Below the pieces are notes generated by a model, which made no database searches, was not told the DNA's origin, and saw nothing but the letters and a program-made list of their open reading frames with translations. Shown here in pieces: positions 24,886-39,741 of a stretch of DNA of 64,000 bases. A program made the position numbers and the translations under genes. This stretch comes from Octopus vulgaris (lineage: Eukaryota). The stretch spans positions 139,314,001 to 139,378,000 of the forward strand of contig OX597816.1 in NCBI GenBank assembly GCA_951406725.2, written 5' to 3'. The first letter of the stretch is position 1, and each line of letters begins with the position of its first letter.

Positions 24886-25180
24886 TAGGCACAGGTATGG
24901 CTGTATGGCAAGAAGTTTGCCTCCCAAGCACATTCTTCTGGGTTCAGTCTCACTGCGTGGCACCTTGGCCAGGTGTCTTCTACTGTAGCCTGGTGCCGAC
25001 CAAATCCTTGTGAGTGGATTTGGTTGACGGAAACTGAAAGAAGCCCGTCGTATATATGCATATGTTTATATCTGTGTTTGAACCCCAACACTGCTTGACA
25101 ATCGGTGGTGGGATCGATCTCTTCGACAAAAACCCTTCAAGCGGTGGTTACAGTGAAAAGACTCAAACAAGTAGAAGATG
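24886..25180 (+). mobile_element. SINE family B with internal deletions
   Basis: taggcacaggtatggctgtatggcaag...gtggcaccttggccaggtgtcttctact...ggaaactgaaagaagcccgtcg. Confidence 0.85.
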
Positions 25181-25646
25181 AAATCTATGTATATATGAGA
25201 GCTTATGTGTTAAGTGATTCACGTGCCAGTCCTAATGTAATACTATATACGCTCCGTCTTGAAGACATTCCTTTCCCCAATCCCTTTATTAATTAATCAT
25301 TAAACAAATAGAACTGTCGAGATATCCCAAAGGCGGGAAATGACGAAGTTAATCTTTGTCACTGTATATTACATAGTTTAATACAGTTGATATCAGAAAC
25401 TTGCAATGTTTCATACTTCTAACTGGAGCCATCAAATTTCTCATCAAACTTTTTAAAGTGGAAAAGCAGTGACACGGATTCTAGCTTAATATCATCTGAG
25501 TAGATCTTTTAAAACTTTACAACCGGTTGTATAGACTTGATCAGTCATAGTTGAAATTTCGATCAGGAAACCACATAATGCACGAATGGTATTATATGCT
25601 TTGATGCGGCCGGAAACATCTGAGCGTCACTTGCATTACATAGGCA

Positions 25647-25826
25647 CATGTCCGTCGCCAAGGGGATGCATTGGACGGCTCTGCCTCACTTACTGTTCAA
25701 TGGTGCACCCTCAAATGTTCAAAGATTCACTTATTTCAAAAAATTCACTTCTGCATTATTACAAATTTGTGCCCACGCAAAATATTCTGAAGCATCTCCA
25801 GGCACCAAAGTCCGGCGACAGGACTG
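25647..25826. mobile_element. 180-bp hAT-type MITE
   Basis: Imperfect TIRs catgtccgtcgcc / ggcgacaggactg, and an exact 8-bp TSD CATAGGCA at 25639-25646 and 25827-25834. Confidence 0.75.
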
Positions 25827-25979
25827 CATAGGCATAGATATCTCCGTAGAAGGAGGAAGGGGAAGGTCACATGGCCCTTTCAGGCCTTCAGAGGCCGATA
25901 GAGAGTGATGTTATAAATGTTCCATTTAAAATGTCAACACCTTCAGAACGTCGAAATCAAGAGACCTAAGGAGTGGAGC

Positions 25980-26330
25980 TACGAGAACAGCCAGCTCTGA
26001 GAAACAGAAAAGGTTTGCGTAGTGATAGAAGAGACATGTGGGCTAAAGAGCTGCGGTAGCCCTCTCTGAATGCAACCAGGGATATCAGCATGTGTTGTAG
26101 CAGTCCTACTCGATGACGGCCTAACTTGAGCCTTGTAGAGTGTCAGCAGCTTTTGGGTGCTAAAATGTCTTTTGACACGAAAGAGAAGGGTTAGTCTTAG
26201 AGATGCAGTCCTAGCTATGCAGAGGACGTTCTTTCGCGAAGAGATCATCGGTGATAATGCGGTCCATCATCTCTGAAGCACTGTGAGACCTCTAGTTTGA
26301 GCGGCTAATAGTTAGAGGTGTTTTTTTAAT
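25980..26330 (-). mobile_element. CR1/L2-like LINE RT C-terminal fragment
   Basis: IARTASLRLTLLFRVKRHFSTQKLLTLYKAQVRP (LYK..VRP motif). Confidence 0.7.
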
Positions 26331-26619
26331 GCTAGTTCTTGTGTTCCTTTACTATTTAAAGAGATAAAGTAAACAGAAATAACTTTTAAAATATTCACAT
26401 ACTTCTACGAATATACATACATTCTCATACACATATATATGTATATATACATGCAAAAACATCTACACACACACAGTCTTTTTCTCTCTTTCGGTCTCTG
26501 TTACTCTGTCTGTCTGCCTTTTTTCTCCCCTTTCTCTCTCTGACTCTCTCTCTGACATACGCATACACTCACACATAGAATCATAGAATGCGCCCGTGCA
26601 TTCAAAATGTGAATATGAA

Positions 26620-27910
<1,291 letters not shown>

Positions 27911-28225
27911 GCATCTAGGAATGTGTATGTCTCTTAGTTTTGTGTATGCTTCTGTGTATAGGAGAGAGTAGTGTGATTCTAAGTGTGTATGTTTTCGTAT
28001 GAAAGAAAGAATATTTGTGTGTGTGTGTATATGTATGTGTGTGCAGGTGTGTAAGCGAGTGAGAGAGGGGGATAGGTAGATGTATGTGTCAGAAATATAC
28101 AAAGAGAGAGAGAGAGAGAGAGAGAGCAAGTGTGTTTGTATGTGAGAGAGAGAGACAGAGAGCAAGAAAAAGAGAGAAAGGGACAGATAAATGTCAGAGG
28201 GATAGAGACAGAGAGAATGTGTGTA

Positions 28226-28311
<86 letters not shown>

Positions 28312-28761
28312 CAGTTGGGTTGTTCTATGTTTGTGTAACAATGAATGCGGGGATGAGACTGTTTGTGTACGCGAAAGAGCGTCCGGCTGTAGGTGTAAGC
28401 ATATGTGCTTGCTTTTTTCTGTATAGCCATCCTATAGTTACGTTATCTATAACTACTGTCAACACATTTGAAAGAAAATGGCCGATGCGGCAACAAAGAC
28501 GTCAACACATACACGCACGCTCAGACACACGTAATCTACGCACATGCACACACACACACATACACACACACTAACAAACACACACTCACACAAATATAAA
28601 TATATACATACTACAAACACACACAAACACACTCATATGCGCATGCAAACAGATGTGTGTGTTTGTGTACATATGTGTGTGTATGTATGTATGTATGCAT
28701 GTATGTATGTATGTATGTATGTATGTATGTATGTATGTATGTATGTATGTATGTATGTATG

Positions 28762-28812
<51 letters not shown>

Positions 28813-29399
28813 AAATATATATATATATAAGCGAAAGCGATGTGATGTGTGGGTACACAGAATTTTATTCTCTGATGAAAGTTAAAATGGCGTCGAGTGA
28901 ATTTAAAAGGTCAGCGTTGTATGTTTGTTGGACAAGATCTCTCATCACGATTTAGATATGTTCGTTGTAGATCAAGTTTTCCCTTGGTTTCTTTTCCGAC
29001 CTTTGCACTCCACACCTATGCAGATTCACACCACGCGCGCCATCAGACAAACGCAGAGACTTGCTCGTAATATACAGATGCTCTCGTACACACACTCACG
29101 TCCACACACTCATGCATATATACACGCACACAAAGTCTTTAAATACAATCGTTTTAACGTGACGTCCTTTCCTAACTATTCGTCTCTTTCTCGCTTCCTT
29201 CCCTAATTCTTTCTCGCTTAACTGTATTTCACTACTTCTACGTTTCCTCCTCTAAGTTCATTCACTTTCCTAACAATTACCCTTCTCACTTCTTCACCTA
29301 CTCCACCACCTTCTCATATCTCTCTCCAATTCCCTCCCTCCCCCTCTCTCTTGCTTCCTCATTCTCTCTCTCGATCTGTTTACCTTCATCTTTATCTTT

Positions 29400-29580
29400 T
29401 TCAGAAAACACCACACTGTAAGACATATCACTTCCGGGAATGCAATCTGCTCACATGTGTTTGCCCCGTGAGAAATGTTAGACTCTAGCGAGTCCCCTGT
29501 GACTTGATTATCATTGTGGTCATCTAACCCACAGGCCGGCCATCGTCTTGCCAAACGATGGGAAAAGATATTCCAAGTAT
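29400..29580. promoter_or_regulatory. Candidate enhancer (ETS/STAT, E-box, Su(H), Runx-like motifs)
   Basis: ACTTCCGGGAA 29430-29440, CACATGTG 29452, CGTGAGAA 29467 and TGTGGT 29515. Confidence 0.35.
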
Positions 29581-29658
29581 GAACATCTCATAAAACGACT
29601 ACTTGAAGCACATTATCTTATAAATCATTTACATATATAAATGCACACATGCATTCAC

Positions 29659-29741
<83 letters not shown>

Positions 29742-29785
29742 TACACACACATGTATGTATATATATAATATGTGTATGTATGTAT

Positions 29786-29836
<51 letters not shown>

Positions 29837-29838
29837 TC

Positions 29839-31193
29839 GGATCTTTTCTAAAAGATGGACAAAATTTTCTACTTAACTAAATAATTTGAAACTTCGTATA
29901 CTGGTAGAATGTGTCAAAAGAAAACATTAATTTCAATTAGTTTTTTTGAGAAAAATGTATTTTGTAACTTTTACGTAGTTTGATTCTTCGAATTTTAATC
30001 AATCGTATTCTCTGTTTTGAGCTCAATTCATTTGAGCTCATTTCATTCGTCCTGATCACTGTCTTCTGTCTTCTATCTTCAAAGGCTTCTCGCATGTTTA
30101 TTTCAATGTCATCCCTGACTTACGGAACGATTACCTGTGTGTGTGTGTTTTTATTGTGTGTGTGCGTGTGTGTGTTTGTTGTGTGTGTGTGTGTTATTGT
30201 TGTGTATGTGTTTGTTGTGTGTGTGTGTGTTATTGTTGTGTATGTGTTTGTTGTGTGTGTGTGTGTTTTATTGTTGTGTATGTGTTTGTTGTGTGTGTGT
30301 GTGTGTGTGTTATTGTTGTGTATGTGTGTGTGTTTGTTGTGTGTGTGTGTGTTATTGTTGTGTATGTGTGTTTGTGTGTTTTTGTTGTGTATGTGTGCGT
30401 GTGTGTGTGTGTTATTGTTGTGTATGTGTGTGTTTTTTTGTTGTGTATGTGTGCGTGTGTTGTGTATCTCTTAAATCGATGAATTTCGTCGCCCAATAAA
30501 AATATTAACGATATTTTTTGAACTTTGATATCGTTAATATTTTTATTGGGCGACGAAATTCATCGATTTAAGAGATACACAACACACGCACACATACACA
30601 ACAAAAAAAAAAACACACACACACATACACAACAAAAAGACAGACACACACATACACAACAATAACACACACGCACACACACAACAAACACACACATACA
30701 CAACAAACACACACACACATACACAACAATAACACACACAACAAACACACACACACACATACACAACAATAAAACACACACACACAACCCCCCCACACAC
30801 ACATACACAACAATAACACACACACACATAACAAACACATACACAACAATAACACACACACACAACAAACACACACACGCACACACATACACAATAAAAA
30901 CACACACACACAGGTAATCGTTCCGTAAGTCAGGGATGACATTGAAATAAACATGCGAGAAACCTTTGAAGACAGAAACAGAAGACAGTGATCAGGACGA
31001 ATGAATTGAGCTCAAAACAGAGAATACGATTGGTTAAAATTCGAAGAATTAAACTACGTAAAAGTTACAAAATACATTTTTCTCAAAAAAACTAATTGAA
31101 ATTAATGTTTTCTTTTGACACATTCTACCAGTATACGAAGTTTCAAATTATTTAGTTAAGTAGAAAATTCTGTCCATCTTTTAGAAAAGATCC
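29839..31193. mobile_element. 1.35-kb foldback DNA transposon with GGATC termini and 8-bp TSD
   Basis: Arms 29839-30514 and 30528-31193 are inverted copies around a 13-nt spacer. TSD ATATACTC at 29831-29838 and 31194-31201. GT-rich minisatellite within both arms. Confidence 0.93.
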
Positions 31194-31280
31194 ATATACT
31201 CTTTACTCTTTTACTTGTTTCAGTTATTCGACTGCGGCCATGCTGGAGCACCGCCTTTAGTCGTGCAAATCGACCCCAGA
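31194..31280 (-). mobile_element. SINE-B 3' tail fragment
   Basis: ctcttttacttgtttcagt...gactgcggccatgctggagcaccgcctttagtcg. Confidence 0.85.
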
Positions 31281-33554
31281 AACACACACGCACAAGCAAA
31301 CACACGCACACATATATGAGGGACGTGCCGTCTAGGTAGGCAAGGTAGGCAGTGTCTACCTTGAATAAAATAGATCGATAGCAACATTTTCCTTTTATGG
31401 CAAAATATGCACCTAATTCAATAATATAATAAAATTATGAAGGTTACTCTGATTATTATGTATAAAAGACAAGATATTTTATTTTATTGTAGATTAAGTA
31501 GACATAATTCGCCCCTGCTTTTCAATCTCAGTATTTAAGTTATGCATTGTACTACTGTAGTACAGGTGCTGTGTACATTCCTACAACACCGTTTTCTTTA
31601 CGTGCTATAAAGGCCTGAGTTTCGTTTATATTTGTGCGTTTTTCTTACAGTTTTAGTTCATTTGCATTTATTTACATTTTTACCACTTTCCAGCAATGGA
31701 TAATGACTTAAAACATTTTCAAAACTAGCTTATGAAGGAAAGAGACAAACTATAAAAAAAATGGTTGACCAACACCAGAACTTAGGGACCTAGAACAACA
31801 GAAAGGGACAAAAATTATTGGAACATTTCAAACTGCGTGGTACAGCATGAAAGAGTGGGCGTACGGCTGTATTACAACAAAAAGGCTTTTTTGTTTCCAA
31901 TGTTTGCTATTTTCTATATCTAGTGAAAATGTGTGGGTAAAAGAAGGATAGTGAGATATAAATGAATAAACCCAATGCTTTAAGTAAACACGAGTGATCA
32001 GCAGCACATTATGGAAGCCAAATATCATTGAAAATATTTGGATCTACACGAATCGACTTGCTCTTGAATAAGCAGAAGTCTGTCAGCATTGAATTTCACA
32101 ATAAAAAAAGTTAAAGAGAACAGACATATATTTTTAAAAAATTGATTTCTGCTACTTGTTTCTTCATTAAACAGGAACTTGCATTTTGCGGAGATAATAA
32201 AAAGAAATCATCGTTAAATCGCGGAAACTATGTTGAGTTACTGAACTATACTCCAAAATTTGAGGACAGATTGACCCAACATTTAGAGAATACATCAGTT
32301 TTTTTTTCTGGCCTTTCTAATAAGATACAAAATGACATGATAGAAATAGTAGGCACGATCGTAGAAAATAATATTAAGGAAGTCGCACAAACCTCGTTTA
32401 TTGCTACAGGTGTGGATAAAGCGGCTAATATTTCACGCACAACTCAGTGTTCTACAGTATTGAGGTACGTTGGACTCTGATATCAAAGAAGTTTTAATAT
32501 GATTTGACATTCTTAAGGACAGAACTGTTGGAGGTGTAACAGAGAGTATATTTAATAATTTGGATAAATACGACTGTTGTAAGAAACTTGTAGCACAGAC
32601 GTACGATGAAGTGATAGTGATAGCATTCAATTTAAATGGTGTTCAAGTTAAAGAAGAGAAAGAGCACCAGCAGCTTTATTTACTCAGTGCTATGCTCATA
32701 AATTAAAGCATGTTCTATCTCAGCAAAATTCATTCATGAATTTTCTAACTTTTTTAAGACCAGAGAGGTACATTTTCTCTTCAATCTACAAAACGAACGC
32801 AACTTCTTGATGAGATAGTGAGCAAACGCATTCCAAAGGCGGCACCAAAGAGATGGAGTTCGAATTCAAAACTAATCCAGACTATCTTACAATACCATGG
32901 TGACCTTTGCAAACTCTTTAACAGTATGTTTCTTAGATACCGCCTTGCTGTTCCACAATAAAAATGGAAATAGTGACACATCTCTATCCAAAATTATATG
33001 GGATCGGCAAAAAAATTTCTTCACTCTTTAAAATATAGCAATCTCTCCTTCGTAAACTGAATACAAAACCGTGTAATCTATATACAGCCGAAGTCTTGAA
33101 ACCATATTTGTCTATCAGAGAATTTAAATTCATTGCTAACCAGACACTCTGAGCTGAAAATTTTCGAAATTTGTAAGCTGTTGATATACACTAATAAGTA
33201 AACCCACGCAAAATATTTTCATACCAAGTATAATGGCAAAAATCTTCGATGGTGTGTGATTTTTTTACCTTTGTCGATATCACATAATTTTATTTGCACA
33301 GACGTTTATGTCTAACTTAATTTTTATATAATTTTATATATAGACACACATATCTCTATCTATACGTGCATATATAATGGTTGTCCATTTTTTGAACGAA
33401 TATAGCCATCAATGATGGTTTGTAACCAAAAACTATCGCTAATTCATGTGTGAAATAAAGTCGCGAACAGCTAACGCTACATACAATGACTCACATTAGG
33501 AGAGCCAAAGAACCCAGAGCGAAGCCGAAGCTAGATATCTGTCAGAGCAATGTT

Positions 33555-33810
33555 AACGTAGTCTTGTGTTTAAGGTGTAGCATTCACGATCGTAAGTTTG
33601 CGGTTTCGATTCCTGAGCCAGGCAGTGTTTTGTTTTTGAGCAAAACACATCATATAACGTTGTTCCAGTACACGCAATAGTAAATGGGTTCCTGACTACT
33701 TGGGAAGCTAACCTTGTGAAGCACCGACATCCTGTTCAATAGGATGAATATAGTAATCTCACTCACCTACACGCTAAAGAACCCAGATTAAACTCTGGTT
33801 TTGTGAATCC
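33555..33810 (+). mobile_element. SINE family C, degenerate
   Basis: ggtttcgattcctgagccaggc...ttgagcaaaacacatcatataacgttgttccagt. Confidence 0.65.
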
Positions 33811-34753
33811 TACGGCTATTGACAGACGTAAGTATCTTTCTGCTAAAGGTATACTTTAACAAAAGCTAAGGAAGAACCTCACCAGCAAAGAATTTATACG
33901 TGTCAGTACTATTAGTCTACGCTGAATTCATCATGGTCATTCTATTTTATGCATTCACTTATTTCCTATTCTTTTTACTTATACAGCCTCACCTTACAAC
34001 TCTTATTTATATGTACATCAATTGTGTTCAATTGATGCACTATCATATGTAATTTCTATTACCTTTCATTAATAATTATTCACACAAGTTCCTTCCCTAA
34101 TAATTAACGTTGCCTTATAAACACATTAATATAAGACATACTTTCTTCCTTTTCTTTCTCGTTTCCATTTTATCTATCTTCATTTTAAATCAAAATATAT
34201 ACCCTTAATAACGTAAATACATTTTAATTACATCATTTTCTCAACAACTTAAATATCAAATCAATTTCCAAACCTCTAGCATTTTCATCCCACTCCGTTA
34301 GAAAGCTAATCAGATAATGTTTAAAATTATCCGATAGAAACCTTGTTAACTTAACTTAAATAGAAAGCTGTCACTCGAGAAAGGTTAATCGTTGTCTGCT
34401 TCGATCACTTCAGTGATATTGTTGAGTTTCCGTCAATTTCTTTCTATTCTCAGTTATCGATAATAACGTTCTTCTATAGAAGCATTGACGTTTGGCATGG
34501 CTGTTATTTGTCAGATTTTATTCTAAATCGAATATGCTTTTCCCCCACAGCCTTTCTCGGTTGATCAAACATGAATCCGTCTTAGTGAGAGTAAGTGTGC
34601 AATATCTCTACCAGATTCTTCTTTGACTGTACGGTGTGAAGTGCTGTCGATGGGTCATCGCTACAGAAAACGTTTAAAGAGGCAAGATGCAAACTCACAG
34701 TTCTTCTTGGCATTTGCTCCCCCTAATATTTGAAAATAATAGAAAAAATTAAT

Positions 34754-34788
<35 letters not shown>

Positions 34789-34871
34789 TAAGTGTGTGAG
34801 TGTGTGCATATGTGTGTATGTGTATAACCTTTTTTGGAACAGTGAATATCAAAGCAGGTTATGTTATAAAT

Positions 34872-34962
34872 CAATGGTTCGCGACCTTTTCACAGTAGTT
34901 CCCAACCTTTTTTTTTAAATGAGTTTACCCACGGACCCCTTTTAATATGCCTATCCTTAAGC

Positions 34963-34996
<34 letters not shown>

Positions 34997-35193
34997 ATGT
35001 ATATATATATATGTATGCATATATATTTTTTTTTTTTATTTCATTTTATCTAGTTTCAGCTCACAAGGTGTGGCCATGGTAGGGCACCGCCATTTGGTGT
35101 TGCTACATGATTTTACTTCACGAATGCTTTTTAGCAATTGCCATTTGGTGCATGAGAGAGTTTGATGCAGCTGCCCTCATCTGCACCTCCTGC

Positions 35194-35232
<39 letters not shown>

Positions 35233-35271
35233 TTTGAATTTAGTTCACGGATCCCAGCTTGAGAAGTACTG
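34872..35271. mobile_element. hAT-Charlie-like MITE containing a LINE 3' fragment
   Basis: Ends caatggttc/cagtagttcccaacc ... cttgagaagtactg, with 8-bp flanks ttataaat / ctataaat. Confidence 0.55.
35045..35198 (-). mobile_element. CR1-like LINE extreme 3' end
   Basis: SRQEVQMRAAASNSL matches 60686-61027 (SRQETRMRAAASNSL). 3' UTR motif GGCGGTGCCCTACCATGGCC. Confidence 0.8.
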
Positions 35272-36584
35272 CTATAAATTATGGCGGGTAACTTAACTAT
35301 TGGTTTTAAAAAAATAAACATTGGATTGAAAAATTCGAAGACTGTGTATGTTTATGTACATATAGACATATCTGTATATAGTTTTCTATAGTTTATATAG
35401 ATACATATACAAACCGGTACAGGCAAAAACCCCAATAAAACACCAACAAATTCAATTTATCAGCAAGCTTTGGATAATATTATCACCAATATAAAAGCGG
35501 CTAGCTGGAAGAATCGTAGCTGCGGTGTGTAAACGTATTAGCGATATTTCGACCGTCTTTAAGTTCTGAACTCGAATTCTACCGACGTCGAGTTTTCTTT
35601 CATTCTTTCAGGATCTTTTCTGCTGCAATTGTTTCTGTAGAGAGGTTGTTTTCGGCTTTGAAAAGAATTATGAGCTACACTATGAGCTACAGAATGATAA
35701 ATCAAAGACTTTCTTTACTTGCTTTAATATCCATTGAAAAGGAAAGACTTAACAAAATGGAGCAAGACCCTATTTTCAATTTCTGTGAAAGAGTGACTGA
35801 TATTTTGCTACAAAGAAAGAGAGAAGAATGGATTTCCTGTACAAACAGGCTGATATAATTAGTAAGTAAACTTTTTAAATATTTTTATCCTTTTATATAT
35901 TGACAAATCTTTTGATGATACCTTACTACATAAAGGTTACCAACTGACTACCCTGAGTAATTTCTGACAGCACGTGCCTGATATATAATATACAATATAT
36001 ACATAAGCACTGGGGTTAGTGTAATCGACATACACACTACCCCACTGTTCCAGATATTGAAATCAATATTGTGCCAAATATTGAAATCGATATTGATAGT
36101 AATATTGATGATTATGATGGCACTAGTGAAGATGGTGCTGAAACTGTTTTCTGGGAAAAATATTAACACAACTTTAATGATAATACTAAGTGTCTGCAAT
36201 GGCTTGACAGAGTATATAAACTCTCAAATCGCTGTGTGTGAAAAAAAAAACACCTCTGAGTCATGGACAGGCGTGATAATTCACCTTCAATTTCGGGCTT
36301 ACCCGCGCCTAATTTTACAAACCATGAGCATCTGAGTCGTTGGACTGGCTAGGTAACTTGCCTTCTAACTTGACGGGTGAGTGATGTTGGCAGGCCGCAC
36401 AAATGGCGAAACACCGGTGTCCATCATTCCGAAATGGAATGGAAGGTGAGTTATTTCGCCTGTCCATGACTCTGAGGTGTTTTTTTAAACACCTAAAGAT
36501 TCGAGAGTTTATATTCTCCGCCACGCCAATCCAGCCACGGGAAAATACACAAAGCATATACATTAAGTATATATATATATTTTT

Positions 36585-36965
36585 TTATTATTTTACTTAT
36601 TTCAGTCGTTTGACTGCGGTCATGTTGGCGTATCACCTTTTAGTCGAACGAATTAACGCCGGGACTTATTCTTTGTAAGTCTAGTACTTATTCTATCGGT
36701 CTCTTTTGCCGAACCGCTAAGTTACGGGGACGTGTTAAAAAGATTATATATATAGATAGAAATATAGATAGATAGATTTTGTTTATGTGTGGCTGGCGTA
36801 TGTGTGCATGTGTACATATATGTGTACAGCAAGTGTCCATGCTGGACACTTGCTGTTGGCTTGTTTGCATCCCCGTAGCATAGCAGTTGGGCAAAAGTAA
36901 AAGAAAAAAATCCGTTAAGGTGATGCCCCAGCATAACCGCAATCCAATGACTGAAACAAAAGATA
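36585..36965. mobile_element. Two divergent SINE-B 3' fragments
   Basis: Minus-strand tail at 36585-36735 and plus-strand tail at 36845-36965 (ggtgatgccccagcataaccgcaatccaatgactgaaac). Confidence 0.75.
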
Positions 36966-38249
36966 AAACATAAAACCAACGCTCTATATATGGAAGGAAA
37001 ATGATGAAGAGAAAGAACAGAAAAAGAACACTGTCTTATGATGTATTCCTCAAGATATGTTTTTGTCACAGGTTACTTCGGTAGACACATATTTTATCTG
37101 TCTTTTACTTTCATTCAAGTATCCATTATACTTCATATCTGTTTATGCAAGCGTGTATAGTACAATGATTCTCTCTTATATACATTTACTGAAGCATGCG
37201 CTCACCCACACCAGCACACACATATGCACGGACTTATACATTTATGTATGTATGTATGTATGTATGTATGTATGTATGTATGTATGTATGTATGTATGTA
37301 TGTATGTATGTATGTATGCATGCATGTATGTATGTATGTATGTATTTATGTATGTATGTATGTATGTATGTATGTATGTATGTATGTATGTATGTATGTA
37401 GTTATCTTGTGTGCGTGTGTATAGGTATATGGACATATATATATATAGACATATGCATACATATATATATGTGTGTATGTGTGTATGTATATTTATATAT
37501 ATTCGCATATACATACACACGCACATATATACGCACAAATCATTATATAGTTTGTATGTACATATATCTACATTTATACATGCATTTAAACATATATTAG
37601 TGCACACATACAAAACCCACCACCACCAATAACACAAGTAGAGGTATATGTGTGCGCATGCACATAGCTTTCTGTGTGTAAGAGTACTGATGTGTGAATG
37701 CGTGCGTGCGCGTTTGTGTATTTGTGCGTGCGTTTATGTGTGTTTTTTGTGTGTATGTGTGTGAGCGTGTGTGTGAATGTATATGTGTGTATGTGTGTGT
37801 GTGTCTGTGTTTAAGTAGATTGTTTCCTCCATACATTAACATTTACATAACGTATACATACACTAGCTTTCTTTGATACATGCATCTATCTCACATCCGT
37901 AAATTCGTGACTTGCTCGTCTATTTTCCGGAATATTGCGCCACTTCAAGATTCTTATCGCTATTAATAAATGCCGAACCAGGGAACACACTGGTTTGCAT
38001 CTTGTAGATCATCTCAACGCCCACCTCTTCCACGTCATATACCTTTAGCTTTTTCAAATGTTTATTTTTTTCTCTCAATTTCTTTTTTCAACTTTTTCTC
38101 CATTTCATTCTTTATCTCCTCCTCCTCGTCTGTCTCCTTCTCTCTCCTCCTCTCTCTCTCTATCATGCTTTATTTTCCTGTCTTTTTTCTTTCGCTTTTA
38201 CCGCTTCCAACCGCTTCGCGTTAGTCTCTCACACCACTTTCCTGACCCT

Positions 38250-38600
38250 TGCCATATAAATGGCAGTACCTGTCACGCATTGGCTATGACGACGTGGTTA
38301 ATTTCGCCTAGTTACTGATTTATTGGATGCCTGAGATAAGACGGGAGTGCCCCCTGGTGACCTGCAGTCATACTGGCACATAGATAAATTGAAAATGCTT
38401 GCTCGCTCAGGGAGACGAAACGCAGAGAACTGCAGCCATTTTGCTGACCGACGATCAATTCCAAGCCATCATCCGCCATGTTGGGTTAACGCGTTTTTGC
38501 GACACATCAGCACGCCATCTATTTCCCTCTGCTGTTCTGTGCACCAGTGTGAATGAAAATGTGTGGAAGTGGGGTGAAGGTGCGTATCAGTGCTTCTGAT
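38250..38600. promoter_or_regulatory. Unique, relatively GC-rich island; candidate cis-regulatory element
   Basis: YY1-like GCCATTTT (38435) and CGCCATGTT (38474), TGATTTTATTGG, and retained CpGs, lying between microsatellites. Confidence 0.3.
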
Positions 38601-38783
38601 GATTGTATTACTGTTCATGTATGGCTTTTATTTATTTATTTATTTATTTATATATTTATTTATTTGTGATCGTGTGTCAGTTTGTGAGCTAGTGTGAAAA
38701 TATCTCAAAGCATTTATATATACACTTATATATAGATATACATATGCATATACATATACATACATATATATATATATACATAC

Positions 38784-38843
<60 letters not shown>

Positions 38844-38850
38844 GTATATA

Positions 38851-38933
<83 letters not shown>

Positions 38934-39658
38934 TTATATATGTTTGCATTCATGTATGTATGCTATGCATCTGTGTGTGTGTATATATGATTGTAAGAAT
39001 GCGTGTTGTGTGGACTCGTTAGTTTCCAGATCATGTGACCTCATTCGCAAGTTCGAATGGTGACGATTTAAAACACTGTGTTTGTGAATGCAGGCATAAA
39101 TAGTCGTATGTGTTACACATATTACAAAAGGACTGTGTGCAAATATGTTTATGGTGTGTGCATGCGCGTAACTTTCTGTGAAGGCGACTGTATAAATTCG
39201 TATGTCTATATATATGACTGTCCGACCTAAATATGTGCGTTTTCATATGAAGCATGTATGAATAGATGTATACCTCTTGATTATATATTTTTGTAAGAAC
39301 AATTTGCATGTGTGTATAAGTATATATACAAAGGTACAAGATTATTTCTGGTATATATGGATATGATAAATACGCCTGATTAGTGATGATGAAAAACGAA
39401 TGTATGTTAAATACGGTATAAAATTCTGTGTAATATATTACATATATATGCATATACATATATGTATACGTGTACATACATATGTATATAAATATACATT
39501 TATGTGTATGCATATACTTACAACCACACATGCATATATATATACACACATATACATATATACATGTATATGCATAAATATGCACATACGTGCGTATACA
39601 TGCATATACATGCGTATACATGGATATATACATATACATACCCACACACACACACACA

Positions 39659-39739
<81 letters not shown>

Positions 39740-39741
<2 letters not shown>

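Larger units (their letters stand above)
31318..35980 (+). mobile_element. Decayed hAT (Tip100/ZMYM1-like) transposon interrupted by about 2.7 kb of other sequence
   Basis: TIRs gagggacgtgccgtc / gacagcacgtgcctg. Remnants QELAFCG..SLNRGNYVELL, SNKIQNDMI, VAQTYD, CYAHKL and RWSS at 31696-32930; dimerisation region VERLFSALKRI...QRLSLLALISIEKE at 35630-35850. Confidence 0.82.

Noticed and set aside
29980-30954. Mirror-image Cys-rich ORFs on both strands
   Set aside because: They are products of the GT-rich minisatellite in the foldback arms, not metallothionein- or keratin-like genes.
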